64,000 nt of DNA from Dictyostelium discoideum (Eukaryota). Of this stretch, positions 14,735 through 31,639 are shown one piece after another. Position numbers and translations under genes: made by a program. Location of the stretch: the NCBI GenBank assembly GCA_000004695.1, contig CM000153.2, positions 2,880,001-2,944,000 on the forward strand. Reading direction: 5' to 3'. The notes under the pieces were generated by a model. That model did not search any database, was not told the origin of the DNA, and worked only from the letters and a program-made list of their open reading frames with translations. Positions within the stretch are counted from its first letter, which is position 1. Each line of letters begins with the position of its first letter.

Positions 14735-14885
14735 AATTGGTGTGACATGAACACTAACAAAAAAAACACCGTTTTCTGACAAAAATGATCACAAAAATAA
14801 AAAATAAAAAAAAATAAAAAAAATTTTTTTTTTTTTAAAAAATAATTTTCAAACCACCAGGACATACACAACACCAACTTTTCAT
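14735..14885 (+). repeat. ~135-bp dispersed repeat, copy 2.
   Basis: See copy 1. The two copies flank the 758-aa gene (11853..14129). Confidence 0.45.
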
Positions 14886-14960
14886 AAAAAAAAAAAAAAA
14901 AAAATATCACAATAAAATATAAATAAATAAATAAATATTTAAACGTTTCATCTCTATAGA

Positions 14961-15072
14961 ATGAAATTCAGAGAGAAAATAATATGCATTTGTTTAGTTA
15001 TTTTTTCATTATTAACATTAATTGCAACAATCATTATAGTGGTATTTGATTTATTACCTAGTGTAAGTATAG

Positions 15073-15114
<42 letters not shown>

Positions 15115-15998
15115 AATAATTATTTTATGGTTTATTAATAACATAATTTAATTCTTATATTTGATATAATATCAATATTAATTTATTATATGTATATGTA
15201 TATAGATGAAATTTGCAAAAACATATATACCATCAGATTGTAAAGTTATAAATCATTATTTTAATACTACAGTCATACCAAGTGATGAAAGATGTATGGA
15301 ATTAAATAATGATGTATGGTGGTACAATAAATTGGGTGCAAATGCATTCTATTATGGTGTAATTGAACATAAAGATAAAGATAATAATAATAATATTAAT
15401 AATAATACAAATAACACCACTGATAATGGTGGTGGTGGTGGTGGAAGTAGTAGTAGTAGTAGTAGTAGTGATAGTAATAGTGAATATGGTAGTAGTTATA
15501 GTTATAGTTATGATGAAGATAGTAGTTTAGGACCAAATGAAAAGATATGTTTTCAAGGTTTATTTGAAGTAGAATATAGTGATCAAAAATCATCAATGAT
15601 CGTGTCTAATATTAGTGGATTATGGAGTCCAAATTGGAGATGGTGTTATACTTATTTAAAATCATTTGGGGTATGTCTTTTTTTTTTTTTTTTTTTTGGT
15701 AATAAATCAAATTTAAAAATAAAAATAGAATATTTACATTAATTTTATAAATTTTTATATCAAATTTATATAGGTTGGAGATACAGATAATTGTTTTTAT
15801 GAATCAACAGATATTTATAATGCAAATTGGTTTGGACCATCAAAATATAGTATTTTTTCAATTGTTGGAATTTGTGTTGGTGGTGGTTTTTCATTAATTT
15901 GTTTCATATTATTTATATACTTTTATAGAAGATTTAGTAGAGTAGATTTAAATTCATATATAAGAATATCTCCTGATGGTACTCATATATTTTATTAA
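14961..15998 (+). CDS. Hypothetical type-I membrane protein with a Ser-rich acidic stretch and a C-terminal TM. join(14961..15062,15206..15670,15774..15998).
   Basis: Exon 1 encodes a signal peptide/TM (MKFREKIICICLVIFSLLTLIATIIIVVFDLLPS), donor agt|GTAAGT. Exon 2 is the ORF-track ORF, donor ggg|GTATGT. Exon 3 is a Cys-containing segment plus a TM helix and a short cytoplasmic tail. Frames checked. Confidence 0.5.
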
Positions 15999-16239
15999 AA
16001 AAAAAAAAGAAAAAAGAAAAAAGTAACAAACAAACAAACAGACAAACAAACAACCAAACAATATTTATTTATTTAATAAAAAAAAAAAAAAAAAAAAAAA
16101 ACCAAATTTATGTATATCCAAAAAAAAAAAAAAAAAAAGAAAAAAAGATACCAAGTGTTTGTTATTATTTTTTATAATACATTATTTTATTTTATTTTAT
16201 TTTGTTTTATTTTATTTTATTTTATTTTATTTTATATTA

Positions 16240-17333
16240 TTATTGTTGATCTAAATCATCTTCATTTAGAAAGTTTTGTACTGGTTGTTGTACTTCTTGT
16301 TGTTGTGCTTGTTGTACTTCTTGTTGTTGATGTGCATCTACAATTGGTTGCTCTTGTCCATCCATAAGATTTTTTCTATATTTGTAATAATATTTTTTAA
16401 AAATTATTATTATTATTATTGGAAATAAATAAATAAATAAAATAAAAAAATACATACAAAAAACCAGGAGTTTTTAATAATCTTCTATTACTAATTAATG
16501 GATAAGCATCTTCAAGGAAATAATAAGCATGACCTGCAACAGCACCTAATAAATCAGTTGTTAAATCATGATTGAATAAATAACCCATTATTAAAATTAC
16601 CCAAGGTAAATATGGTGCACTAAATGTAAATAAACCTAAAAAGCTAATATGCATATTAGGATTTCTTCTACTCCACACATAAATTACCATAAATGCTATT
16701 GATGGTGCTAAAAATAAAACTTTTGTAACAATTTTGGTATAAAATAAAAATGCATCCATTATCTATATAAAATAAATATATTATTATAAATATTATTATT
16801 ATTATTATTCGTTAATTAAACTTTTCTATCTATCTATCAATCTATCTATCTTCATTTATTTTTCGTTTGTGTATATTTGAATATATGTATGTACATACTA
16901 ATAATAAAAATGATCCAAATATCCACATAAATAGATAATCAGCTGATCTACCTCTAAATGATGATTCCTCTAATAGCCTACTGTGTCTAACCCTATATAT
17001 ATAATTTAGTTTAAATTAATTAATAAGGAAATAAATAAAAAAAAAAGAGAAATCTAATGTATATGATGATGATGGTGGTGATGATGATGATTATTTTACT
17101 TACAGGAAATACATATGGAAAAAGAAATTCATACCAATTTCATCATAGAAAAAAAAATTTGTAAAAAGTCTCCAAAATTCATACTTGCCAAATACTAATG
17201 GAAAATTTAAATATAATCTTAATGGACCAACCAATCCAAGATAAACACTAACTGATGTAACAACACATCCTGTCATATATATCTTTGTAACAATAGGTAA
17301 ATTTTTATACCAATCCTCAAAAGGTTGTGCCAT
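16240..17333 (-). CDS. Derlin (Der1-like ERAD component). 4 exons: join(complement(17104..17333),complement(16899..16992),complement(16458..16762),complement(16240..16375)).
   Basis: N-terminus MAQPFEDWYKNLPIVTKIYM…QIWRL-like. Exon 2 RHSRLLEESSFRGRSADYLFM. Exon 3 VWSRRNP…APYLPWV…GHAYYFLEDAYP. Exon 4 is a Q-rich tail. Introns are GTAAGT/GTATGT..AG; phases 2,0,2 verified. Confidence 0.8.
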
Positions 17334-17540
17334 CTTTAAATATTATATATATATATATATGTGATGTGTGTGATTGTGTAAATTAATTATTTAAATTATT
17401 TAATTTATTGTTTGGTAATATATATTTTAATTTGTTTTTTTTAATTAAAAAAAAAAAAATTAATAAATAAAACAATAAAAAAACAATATATTTTGGGTGT
17501 ACAATAATAAAATATAAAAAAAAAAAAAAAAAAAATGAAA

Positions 17541-17587
<47 letters not shown>

Positions 17588-18079
17588 GTGCACCGTCATA
17601 AAAGTTTAATTTCATTGATCAAAAAATCAGTTCTCAATTTTTTAATTAAATTAAATTTAAAATAAATAAAAAAAAAAAAAACCCCAAAGTTTTTAAGAAA
17701 CGATTTTCATCCCCTAATATCATTAATTAAAATTTTATTCATTCATTAAATTTTAAATTGTTTTTGGAGATGCTCCAAAAAAAAAAAAAAAAAAAAAAAA
17801 AAAGTATTTTTAATAAAAAGTAAAACAAAATTATTAAAATTTTTTGAAAAAAAAGAAGAAAAACAAAGACGAATCAAAAAATGTCATCAATTTAATTTGA
17901 GATTGAAAATAAATAAAAAAATAATAAAAAAAAAAAATTTAAAGATAAAAATAAAAATTAAAAAAAATAACAAGAAGATAAATTTATTGGAATACTTAAA
18001 TCACTTGATTTAGAGAAGGTAAATTCATTTCAAAAGAAGAATCATTGGAAAAGTGATAAAAGATAATAAAACTAATCTC

Positions 18080-18110
<31 letters not shown>

Positions 18111-18657
18111 GATTTTAGGTTTTAAAATAAATAAAAAAAATAAAAATACTTTCTGGGAATCCATATCAAAAAAAAAAAAAAAAAATTTTATTAAAAACAA
18201 TACATTTGCATAGCAAAATGAAACCAACCACAAACTTAACCGATTTTTGGTGGTTATTATTTTATCTTTATTTCCAAATTTTTTTTTATTTCTTCATTTG
18301 ATTTTTTTTCTTTCATTCTTTATTAATTTATATATTAATTTTTTTTCAAGAAAACTCACAATAAGATTGAAATGCCAATCACACGACAAAAAAAAAAACT
18401 GAAAAAAAAAAAAAAAAACAAATAAAATTAAATGTGTTTGCAAAAACTGTTTTTTTTTTTTTTTATTTATTTTTATAATTTTTTTTTTTTATTTTCATAA
18501 TTTTAGTTTTTTTAAATGCAACAAAATAATCAGTCATTTGGACAATTATCTAAATAACCTTTATTATAATTAAAAAAAAAAAATAATTAATAATAATATT
18601 AAAATCAATTTTCGCACAAACTTTTTTTTTTTCATCTTGTTATTCACCAGAAACAGA

Positions 18658-18700
<43 letters not shown>

Positions 18701-18786
18701 GATTTTTTTTTTTAAAAAAAAAAATTTATGTTGGGTCTGATTATCATAATAATAACAATTTAAAAATAAAAATAAAAATAAAAATA

Positions 18787-19088
18787 ATGAATAAACTGGA
18801 ATTTAAAATTATTTACAAAGATGGGAAATATTGGTTTGACGAAAAATTTCCAAATCAATTAAATGGGGTAATAACTCCACAAGAATATTCAATGATAATA
18901 AATGGACTTCACTCAAGATTAAAAAGTGTTTCTTTCTTTATTTATTTATTATTTGCGTTGGTTTCTTGTCTTCTTTTCCTATGTAAACTTTTCAACTTGA
19001 ATTTTGTCCCTTTTATAACAATTATTATATTAACATCAGTAATTGATTTAGCACTTATTATATATTGCATAGTATTTGTTGCATATGT

Positions 19089-19089
<1 letters not shown>
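18787..19089 (+). CDS. Possible Erf4/GOLGA7-like small membrane protein (model incomplete).
   Basis: KIIYKDGKYWFDEKFPNQLNGVITPQEYSMIINGLHS resembles the GOLGA7/Erf4 core, followed by hydrophobic segments. It is flanked by long poly-A/T runs and an anomalous downstream region, so start and 3' end are uncertain. Confidence 0.25.
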
Positions 19090-19129
<40 letters not shown>

Positions 19130-19158
19130 CCCACAAACTAAAATTTGGAAATTATTTT

Positions 19159-19192
<34 letters not shown>

Positions 19193-19850
19193 CCAAAAAT
19201 CCCACCAGGTATAAAAAATTTTTAAACCTACCCAGGGAACAATTCCAAAGAAAATCTATTTCTTTCCCAAGCCCAAAAATTCTTTTCAAGTTGAAAAAAC
19301 TTTACCCAAAATTAGAAGGGGAAAATTTTATGGCCAACAAAAATATTAATATTAATAAAAATAGCAAAAAAAGGGATAAGGATAATAATAATAATAATAT
19401 TTTTCCCGGTATTAATAATGAAAACAATAATGAATTTCCCAAAATTCCCCCCCTTTTAAATAAATCTGAGAATATATAATTCAAAGACTCATTGTAAATA
19501 AATAATCTAAACAAATTTTAATAAATATCAAATACCTTATTCAAAAAAAAAAATTATTTTCACTTTTTTTTTTTTTTTTTTTTTTTTTTCCAACTTTTTC
19601 ATCACCAACAATTTTTTTTTTTCAACTTCATCATCACCAATTTTTTTTTAATTTTTTTTTTTTTCAATTTTTTTTTTTTTTTTTTTTTCAATTTTTTTTT
19701 TTATTTTTATTTTTTTTTTTTTTTTTCATAAATTAATTTTTATAGATTTTGTTATTTTAGTCAATCAATATTGTGTGTATATGTATAATAATTGTGTATA
19801 TTAGTGTATAATATATATCTATTTTTAAACAGATCAACAATAAGAAAAAA

Positions 19851-20280
19851 ATGAAAAGATCAGAAAAATCAAGTACATCTGTTGTTAGTAATAACAAACA
19901 ACAAGATGTAAATATCATCAGTTCAAATGAAGTTGGTGTTAAAGAAGAAAATAAAGGACATCAAGAATTCTTATTAAAAGTTTTAATTCTATCAGTCATT
20001 TATGTTTTAGCATTTTCAACTCGTTTATTCTCAGTATTACGTTATGAAAGTGTTATTCATGAATTTGATCCGTAAGTAAAAAAATAAAAAAATAATTATA
20101 AATCAATAAAGAAATTTCCTTTTTTTTATTTTTTTCATTGAACTAATCAATTTCCTTTTTTTAAAAAAATAAAAAATTTAAAACAAAACTTAAAAATTTC
20201 CACTTTTGGTAAAAAAAAAAAAAAAAACACCCACTTAAAAAAAATGGAAATTAAATATATATCTTAAAAATTTTTATATC

Positions 20281-20311
<31 letters not shown>

Positions 20312-22292
20312 ATTTTATTTTTAAAAAAAAAAAAAAAAAAAAAATTATTATTATTATTATTATTATAGATATTTTAATTATAGATCAACAATATATCTTG
20401 TTCAAGAAGGTTTTTATAATTTTTTAAATTGGTTTGATGAAAGAGCATGGTATCCATTAGGACGTATTGTAGGTGGTACAATTTACCCAGGTTTAATGGC
20501 AACAGCAAGTTTAGTTCATTGGTCATTGAATTCATTGAATATTACAGTTAATATTAGAAATGTATGTGTATTGTTATCACCATGGTTTGCATCAAATACA
20601 GCAATGGTAACCTATAAATTTGCCAAAGAAGTTAAGGATACACAAACTGGTTTGGTTGCAGCAGCCATGATTGCAATTGTTCCAGGTTATATTTCACGTT
20701 CAGTAGCAGGTTCATTCGATAATGAAGGTATTGCAATCTTTGCATTGATTTTCACATATTATTGTTGGATTAAGTCAGTAAACACAGGCTCATTGATGTG
20801 GGCTGCCATCTGTTCATTGGCCTACTTTTATATGGCAAGTGCCTGGGGTGGTTATGTATTCATCATTAATTTAATCCCATTGCATGCCTTTTTCTTGCTT
20901 TTGACAGGCCGTTATTCACATCGTCTCTACATAGCCTACAGCACAATGTTTGTCATTGGTACAATCCTCTCTATGCAAATTACATTCATTAGTTTCCAAC
21001 CAGTTCAATCATCTGAACATTTGGCTGCCATTGGTATCTTTGGTCTCCTCCAATTGTACGCTGGTTTGTCATGGGTAAAGAGTCACCTCACCAATGAAGC
21101 CTTCAAGAAACTTCAACGTTTGACAGTGTTATTCGTTTTATCTTGTGCTGCTGCCGTACTTGTCGTTGGTACATTAACTGGTTACATCTCACCATTCAAT
21201 GGTCGTTTCTATTCATTGTTGGATCCAACCTATGCTCGTGACCACATTCCAATCATTGCATCAGTATCAGAGCATCAACCAACCACTTGGGCATCATACT
21301 TTTTCGATCTCCATATCTTGGTATTCCTTTTCCCAGCCGGTTTATACTTTTGTTTCCAAAAATTAACCGATGCTAATATTTTCCTCATTCTCTACGGTGT
21401 CACCTCCATTTATTTCTCTGGTGTAATGGTACGTCTTATGTTGGTTTTAGCACCAGTTGCATGTATTTTAGCCGCCGTTGCCGTCAGTGCAACCCTCACC
21501 ACCTATATGAAGAAGTTAAAGGCTCCATCATCACCAAGTGATGCTAATAATTCCAAAGAGAGTGGTGGTGTTATGGTTGCAGTCTTAACTGTTCTTTTAA
21601 TTCTCTACGCTTTCCATTGTACTTGGGTCACTAGTGAAGCCTACTCATCTCCATCCATTGTACTCTCTGCCAAACAAAACGATGGTAGTCGTGTGATTTT
21701 CGATGATTTCCGTGAAGCCTACCGTTGGATTGGTCAAAATACTGCCGACGACGCTCGTATTATGTCTTGGTGGGATTATGGTTATCAATTATCTGCAATG
21801 GCCAATCGTACCGTATTGGTTGATAATAACACTTGGAACAATAGTCATATCGCTCAAGTTGGTAAAGCATTTGCATCCACTGAAGAAGATGCTTACATAC
21901 AAATGAAAGCATTGGATGTCGATTATGTTTTAGTTATTTTTGGTGGTTTAACTGGTTACAGTTCTGATGATATCAATAAATTCCTTTGGATGGTTAGAAT
22001 TGGTGGTAGTTGTGATCCAAATATTAAAGAACAAGATTATCTCACCAATGGTCAATATAGAATAGATAAAGGTGCCTCACCAACAATGTTAAATTCTCTC
22101 ATGTACAAACTTAGTTACTATCGTTTCTCTGAAGTTCACACTGACTATCAAAGACCAACAGGTTTCGATCGTGTAAGAAATGTTGAAATTGGTAATAAAA
22201 ATTTCGATTTAACTTATTTAGAAGAAGCTTTCACATCTGTTCATTGGTTAGTTAGAGTTTATAAAGTTAAAGATTTTGATAATAGAGCTTAA
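19851..22292 (+). CDS. stt3: STT3, catalytic subunit of oligosaccharyltransferase. join(19851..20071,20369..22292).
   Basis: Very strong match to STT3 throughout: EFDP|YFNYR across the intron, WWDYGYQ, DNNTWNN, the C-terminal KVKDFDNR. Donor cc|GTAAGT (phase 2), acceptor tattatAG at 20368. Confidence 0.9.
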
Positions 22293-22513
22293 ATCTTTTT
22301 TTTAAAAAAAAAAAAAAAAAATAAAATAAAAATAAATAAAAAAAAAAAAAAAAAAAAAAAAAAGTAATATAATAATAATAATGATAATAATATTTATTTA
22401 TTTATTTGTTTTTTGTTTTTAGTTTAATTGGAATAGTTTAGAAGGAAATCTGAATTAACATTTTCTAATTCTTTTTTTATTTTTTTTTTTTTTTTTTTAA
22501 AACAAAATGAGAT

Positions 22514-22867
22514 TTAACCTCCGCTGACTGGTGGTATAATGGCAATTTCATCATTAGAATTAATTTTAATATCTTGGTCTCTTGAAATGTATTCTTGATT
22601 TACTGCCAATAAGCTAACTTCCAAAGTCTATTTAAAAATTAGAAATAGTGAGCACAGCACTTTTAACAAATTAACTTTTTTTTTTTTTTTTTTTTTTTTA
22701 GAAAATTAATAAAAACATACAGATGATATTTGTGGATATATATGTTTAAGCTTTCGAATTAAATTGAATGATGTACTTTCATCAAGTGGAAGATCAATAA
22801 ATATAGAATCTTTTCCTATAACTTCCTTTACCTTTGCAAATAATAATATTTTAAATTGATTTGACAT
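22514..22867 (-). CDS. Molybdopterin synthase small (sulfur-carrier) subunit MOCS2A/MoaD. join(complement(22721..22867),complement(22514..22627)), 86 aa. Not in the ORF track.
   Basis: MSNQFKILLFAKVKEVIGKDSIFIDL… ubiquitin-like fold. The C-terminus …DEIAIIPPVSGG* is the diagnostic MoaD Gly-Gly end. Intron donor tct|GTATGT, acceptor aaatAG. Confidence 0.7.
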
Positions 22868-22890
22868 CTTGTAATTATACTATATTTTTT

Positions 22891-22930
<40 letters not shown>

Positions 22931-23242
22931 CTAACTTTTGTAAAATAAATTAAAAAAAATTAAAAATTAAAAAAAACCAAATAAAGGAGGTAATAAAAAA
23001 AGGTTTAAAATTTATTTAAAATAACATTACTAATTCAGTAAAGTTTATTTTTTATTGTTTTTTTTTTTTTTTAAAGAATTTAAAAATATTAAAGATAGGT
23101 TTTAATTCAAATTAATTGATTAAATAATTGTAGATTTAAAAATTATCATTTGTTTAGTACAAATTAAAATATTAAAAAAATTAATTTTTAATAATTCCTG
23201 TAAAAAAAAAACTAAAAAAAAAACTAAAAAAAAAAAAAAAAA

Positions 23243-23902
<660 letters not shown>

Positions 23903-24230
23903 ATTGTTTTATTTTTTATTTTTTTATTTCAAATGAAATAGTGATATTAATTTTTAAAAAACCATAAATAGAAATTAAATAAGAATAAATTTTTTAAAAA
24001 AAAAAAATAATAAAATAAAAAAACCACACAAAAGTGTTTAATTAATGAAATGAAAGTAAAATGTTAAAAAAAATGAATAAATAAAAAAAAAAAAAAATAA
24101 AAAAGGGGTTTGTCAAAGGTCGAAAACTATCATTCAATTAAAAACTTATTTTTATTTTCATCTTTTTTTTTTTTTTATTTTTTTTTTATTTTTTTTTTTT
24201 TTTTTTTTTCGTTCGTTTTTTCATTTTTAA

Positions 24231-24238
24231 TCCCATAA
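24231..24238 (+). promoter_or_regulatory. DUSE (Dictyostelium upstream sequence element, TCCCATAA) ~55–60 nt upstream of U3 copy A.
   Basis: Exact match to the [A/T]CCCA[C/T]AA consensus at the expected spacing upstream of the U3 start. Confidence 0.6.
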
Positions 24239-24290
24239 TTTATATATTATTAATGGTTAAAATAAAAGAAATGTTTTATTGAAATTTAAA

Positions 24291-24505
24291 AGTTATGACC
24301 AAACTCTTAGGATCATTTCTAGAGTATCGTCTATTAAAATTATTCATCAATAATTTTTCCTCTTTCACAGCTAGGATGATGATATACACTCACTACACGA
24401 AAGCGTGAAACCGTTATTATCGAATGATTCATTTATTCTTTATTAACATTGATGACCGTCTAATTCAGGGATGAATTGGTTGTGTGGTGGGATTCGTACT
24501 GGCTC
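24291..24505 (+). ncRNA. U3: U3 small nucleolar RNA (box C/D), copy A.
   Basis: 5' region …CTTAGGATCATTTCTAGAGTATCG is the U3 box A/A' (compare the human GGATCATTTCTATAGT). Also present: box C' GGATGATGA, box B-like AGCGTGAAACCG, box C TTGATGACC, and a 3' end followed by a T-run. Same 215-nt sequence in 4 copies. Confidence 0.75.
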
Positions 24506-24788
24506 TTTTTTAATTTAATTAATGAAAAAAAACCAAAATAATTTAAGTTTTTTATTTAATATTGTACTAAATAAAAAATATTTTTTATTATTTGTTTAAA
24601 ATTAAAATTCTTTGTTTGATAATTAAGAATTAAAAAAAGAATAGTTTCTTAACATTTTAAAATTAAAATTCATAAATAAACTATTAACTATTAATTATTG
24701 TTTATTTCCTTTAATGGATAAACACTGATTTATCAATATTTAAAAAATAAATAAAATAAAATAAAACTATTAAAATTTTGACTAAATT

Positions 24789-24851
<63 letters not shown>

Positions 24852-25080
24852 AAAATAATTATTCCTTTATTTTATTTATAATGATTTTGTTTTGTTTAGC
24901 ATTGTTTTTTTTTTTTTTTTTTTTTTTTTTATAAACAAGATATTTTTTTATTTTTTTTAATTTCCCAATTTAATTTTAATAAAAAAAATCTTTTATTAAT
25001 TTTTTTTTTTTTTTCATTTCATTTCAAAAAAAAAAAAAAACCAAACAAGAAAATAATAATAATAAAAAAACACATATGCA

Positions 25081-26497
<1,417 letters not shown>

Positions 26498-26557
26498 TAA
26501 AAATAAAATAAAATAAAATAAAATAAAATAAAATAAAATAATATTAATCAAATAATA

Positions 26558-26611
<54 letters not shown>

Positions 26612-26668
26612 GAAAAATCTAAAATTCAAATAAATTTTAAAAATAAATCAATTAAACAAAAGAAAGAA

Positions 26669-26711
26669 GTGAAAAATTATTTATTAAAATTAATAAATTC
26701 TAGTTTTATTA

Positions 26712-26755
<44 letters not shown>

Positions 26756-27266
26756 TCAAAATTACAATATATTCAACAAAGAAATTATTCAACCAATAAA
26801 AATAATCAAAACCTGGAAAATAATGAATTTTCACATATTACTAAAGATGGTAAATTGCCAACAATGGTTGATATTTCCGATAAAATCATTACAAAGAGAA
26901 CTGCACATGCACAGTCAATATTGGAATTCCCATCAAATGTTTTATCTCAATTATTAAATTTAGAAAAAAATAATGATATTGATAATGATAATAACATTTC
27001 AAAAAATAAAGAAATAGTTTCTAAAAAAGGACCAGTATTTGCTACATCAATTGTTGCAGGTACAATGGCTGTAAAGAATACTTCAAATTTAATACCATTT
27101 TGTCATCCAATACCAATTGAGTCATGTAAAATAGAAATAACAATAATAGATTCAACAAGTGTAAAAGTAGATTGTATAGTTTCAATGAGTGGTAAAACTG
27201 GTGTTGAAATGGAGGCATTAACAGGTAAGAATAATTTTATTTTTTAGTTTTAATTTTGTTTTTTAT

Positions 27267-27311
<45 letters not shown>

Positions 27312-27503
27312 CATTTGTATTAACATTTAACTATTTTTGGAAAAAAATAAAAAATAAAAAATATAAAAAAAAAAGGTGCTACTATTACTAGTTTAACAAT
27401 TTATGACATGTGCAAAGCACTTTCAAAAGATATAGTAATTAAAGAAACAAAGTTAATTTCAAAATTTGGTGGTAAATCCTCGTCTCCACAAATTACAAAA
27501 TAG
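26669..27503 (+). CDS. MOCS1B / MoaC domain (cyclic pyranopterin monophosphate synthase). join(26669..27224,27376..27503). No ATG of its own before the conserved domain.
   Basis: [19 protein letters not shown]…[13 protein letters not shown]…[14 protein letters not shown]|[14 protein letters not shown] is MoaC. The ORF opens at a GTG. The first in-frame ATG is inside the conserved core (…PTMVDIS). Same strand, 170 bp downstream of the MoaA GG-stop. Confidence 0.7.
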
Positions 27504-28175
27504 GTATTAAAAAAAAATAATAAAAAAAAAATAAAGGAGAATTTGGTAAAAAAAAGTTATCAAAGGAATTAAAATGCTCAGCATTTTAATATTTTTTTTT
27601 TTATTTTTTATTTTGTTGTTTTATTTTTTTTTTTTATTAAATTCTCATTCACAGGATAATTATCATATAAAATTAAATTAGTTTTTTTTTTTTTTTAAAT
27701 TCTCTAAAAAATAAAAATTAAAAATAGTTTTAAAATAAAATTTCCAGATATATTTTTTAAAAAAATTTATTTAATTTTCTAAACACATTTTTTTAATAAT
27801 AACACAAAATAAAAATAAAATAAAAAAAAAAAGTTTTTTAATTAAATATTCAAAAAAGTGTGGGTAAAATGTTTGAAAAAAATGAAATATCTAAGTTTTT
27901 AAATGAGATATTAATTGTATGTGCATATTATTGTAATTACAAAATATTCTAAATTTAAAACACTGTTTTCCCCCCAATGTCACCACCATTTTTTTTTTTA
28001 ATTAACTTTTAAAATAATTAGTGGTGTTTTTATTTATTTTTAAAAATGAAATGGTTTATTCCTCCTCCACAAAATTAAAATTACTTTTAATAAAATAATT
28101 TTTTTCATTCTAAAAATAAAAAAAACAATTATTTCATTTTTAAAAATAATATTCAAATAAATAATTATAAAACAA

Positions 28176-28213
<38 letters not shown>

Positions 28214-28293
28214 ATTTAAACCACTACAAATCATTTTAAAAAAATAAAAATAATTAAAATTTTCTGTTAATTATAATTTTAAAAAAAAAAAAA

Positions 28294-30216
<1,923 letters not shown>

Positions 30217-30217
30217 C

Positions 30218-30252
<35 letters not shown>

Positions 30253-30486
30253 ATTTATTAAATAAAAAATACAAAGCGAGTATTATTAAATTTGTATAAT
30301 TTAAATTTTCCAAATATTTATTTTTTTTTTAAAAAAAAAAAAAAAGTTATTATTAAAAAAGGTTTTTTTTTTTTTTTTTTTTTTCTATATATTTTTTTAC
30401 AATCGGTTTTATGGTTTGGTTTTTTTTTTTTTTTTTTTTTTTTTTATATATATATAAAATATATTTTTTAATTAATCAATTAAATT

Positions 30487-31503
30487 TTAATTGTTTTTCA
30501 TAATTTCTTTTCTAATTTCAATTAGTTTTGAGTAATAGTATACATTATTTTGGTTAGCGCTATCTTCATTGTCATCATTATCAACTTTGATGAAATTTTT
30601 TGGAATCCAAGGTTTACCTTCTCTAGTTTTTGCTAAATTTCTTTGATTCTCTTCGACTATAGTTTTTTGTTTTGAAGCTTCATCTTCATTATTATTTAAA
30701 AGGTTTTCGATTACATGTTTCCAAACAACTCTTGAATTATTTTCTTCCAATTCATGTAATGGAGAAGTAATTGGTTGAATTTGATCACTATTTATATCGA
30801 AAAAGGCAGTGGTTTTACCAGTTTTTGTAGAGGTTATTGAAACTGTACCATCGAATTTACCTTCCAAAGTATATAATGCTTTCTTTGATGAAGGATGTTT
30901 AACTTTTACCAATAGTGAATGTTTACTCTTAAATAAACCTTTACCTTTGAATTCAATCTCAGCAGAGTAACCAGTTTTCTTACAAGTTAAATTTGTTGAA
31001 CCAACTGTTTCAGTTGATAATGATCCAACCAATACTCCTTTTACAATGATTTTTGGTGCCTCTACAATGTATTCCTCCTGTAGTGATGGTATTTCATAGA
31101 CTAATTTACCTTCCATACTATTCTCTAGGGAATTACCCCAAAACTTTGATGTTGGTGATAAATGAGAATGAAATATTACACCATTTTGTTGATTATGCAT
31201 ACAAAAACTACTTGATGGTGGATGATGTGAAATTTGTTCTGCTATATATTCTGTGGTTGATCCATCTTTATGAACCCATTTACATTGGTATGTCTCTCCA
31301 ATCACTGGATTAAATGGACTTTTTGCAATCTTTTGTTGAATCCAACCTGATAAATAAAATTTTAAAATTTCTAAAAATCTATCATCTTCATTTTCAATAT
31401 TTTTAACTCTTTAAAAAAAAATAAAAAAAAAAAAAAAAAATTTTATTAATTATTTAAATTATTATTATTATTATTATTATTTTTAATTTTTGGTGTTGGA
31501 AAT

Positions 31504-31538
<35 letters not shown>

Positions 31539-31551
31539 ATTTTTTATTTTT

Positions 31552-31595
<44 letters not shown>

Positions 31596-31602
31596 CAATA
31601 AT

Positions 31603-31639
<37 letters not shown>

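Noticed and set aside
14716-14910. 64-aa minus ORF
   Set aside because: It lies inside the 135-bp dispersed repeat and is mostly poly-F from a T-run.
16110-16367. 85-aa plus ORF (VLVVVLLVVV…)
   Set aside because: Antisense reading of the Q-rich C-terminal exon of Derlin.
17560-17600. GGGGTGCACCGTCAT GC pocket as a possible small RNA
   Set aside because: Too short, with no repeat copy, terminator or structure. Likely a promoter element at most.
26498-26668. Treating MoaC as an independent gene with a GTG/TTG start
   Set aside because: The ORF track uses alternative starts. The eukaryotic nuclear context argues for ATG, which is absent upstream of the conserved core, so a splice-fusion hypothesis is preferred.
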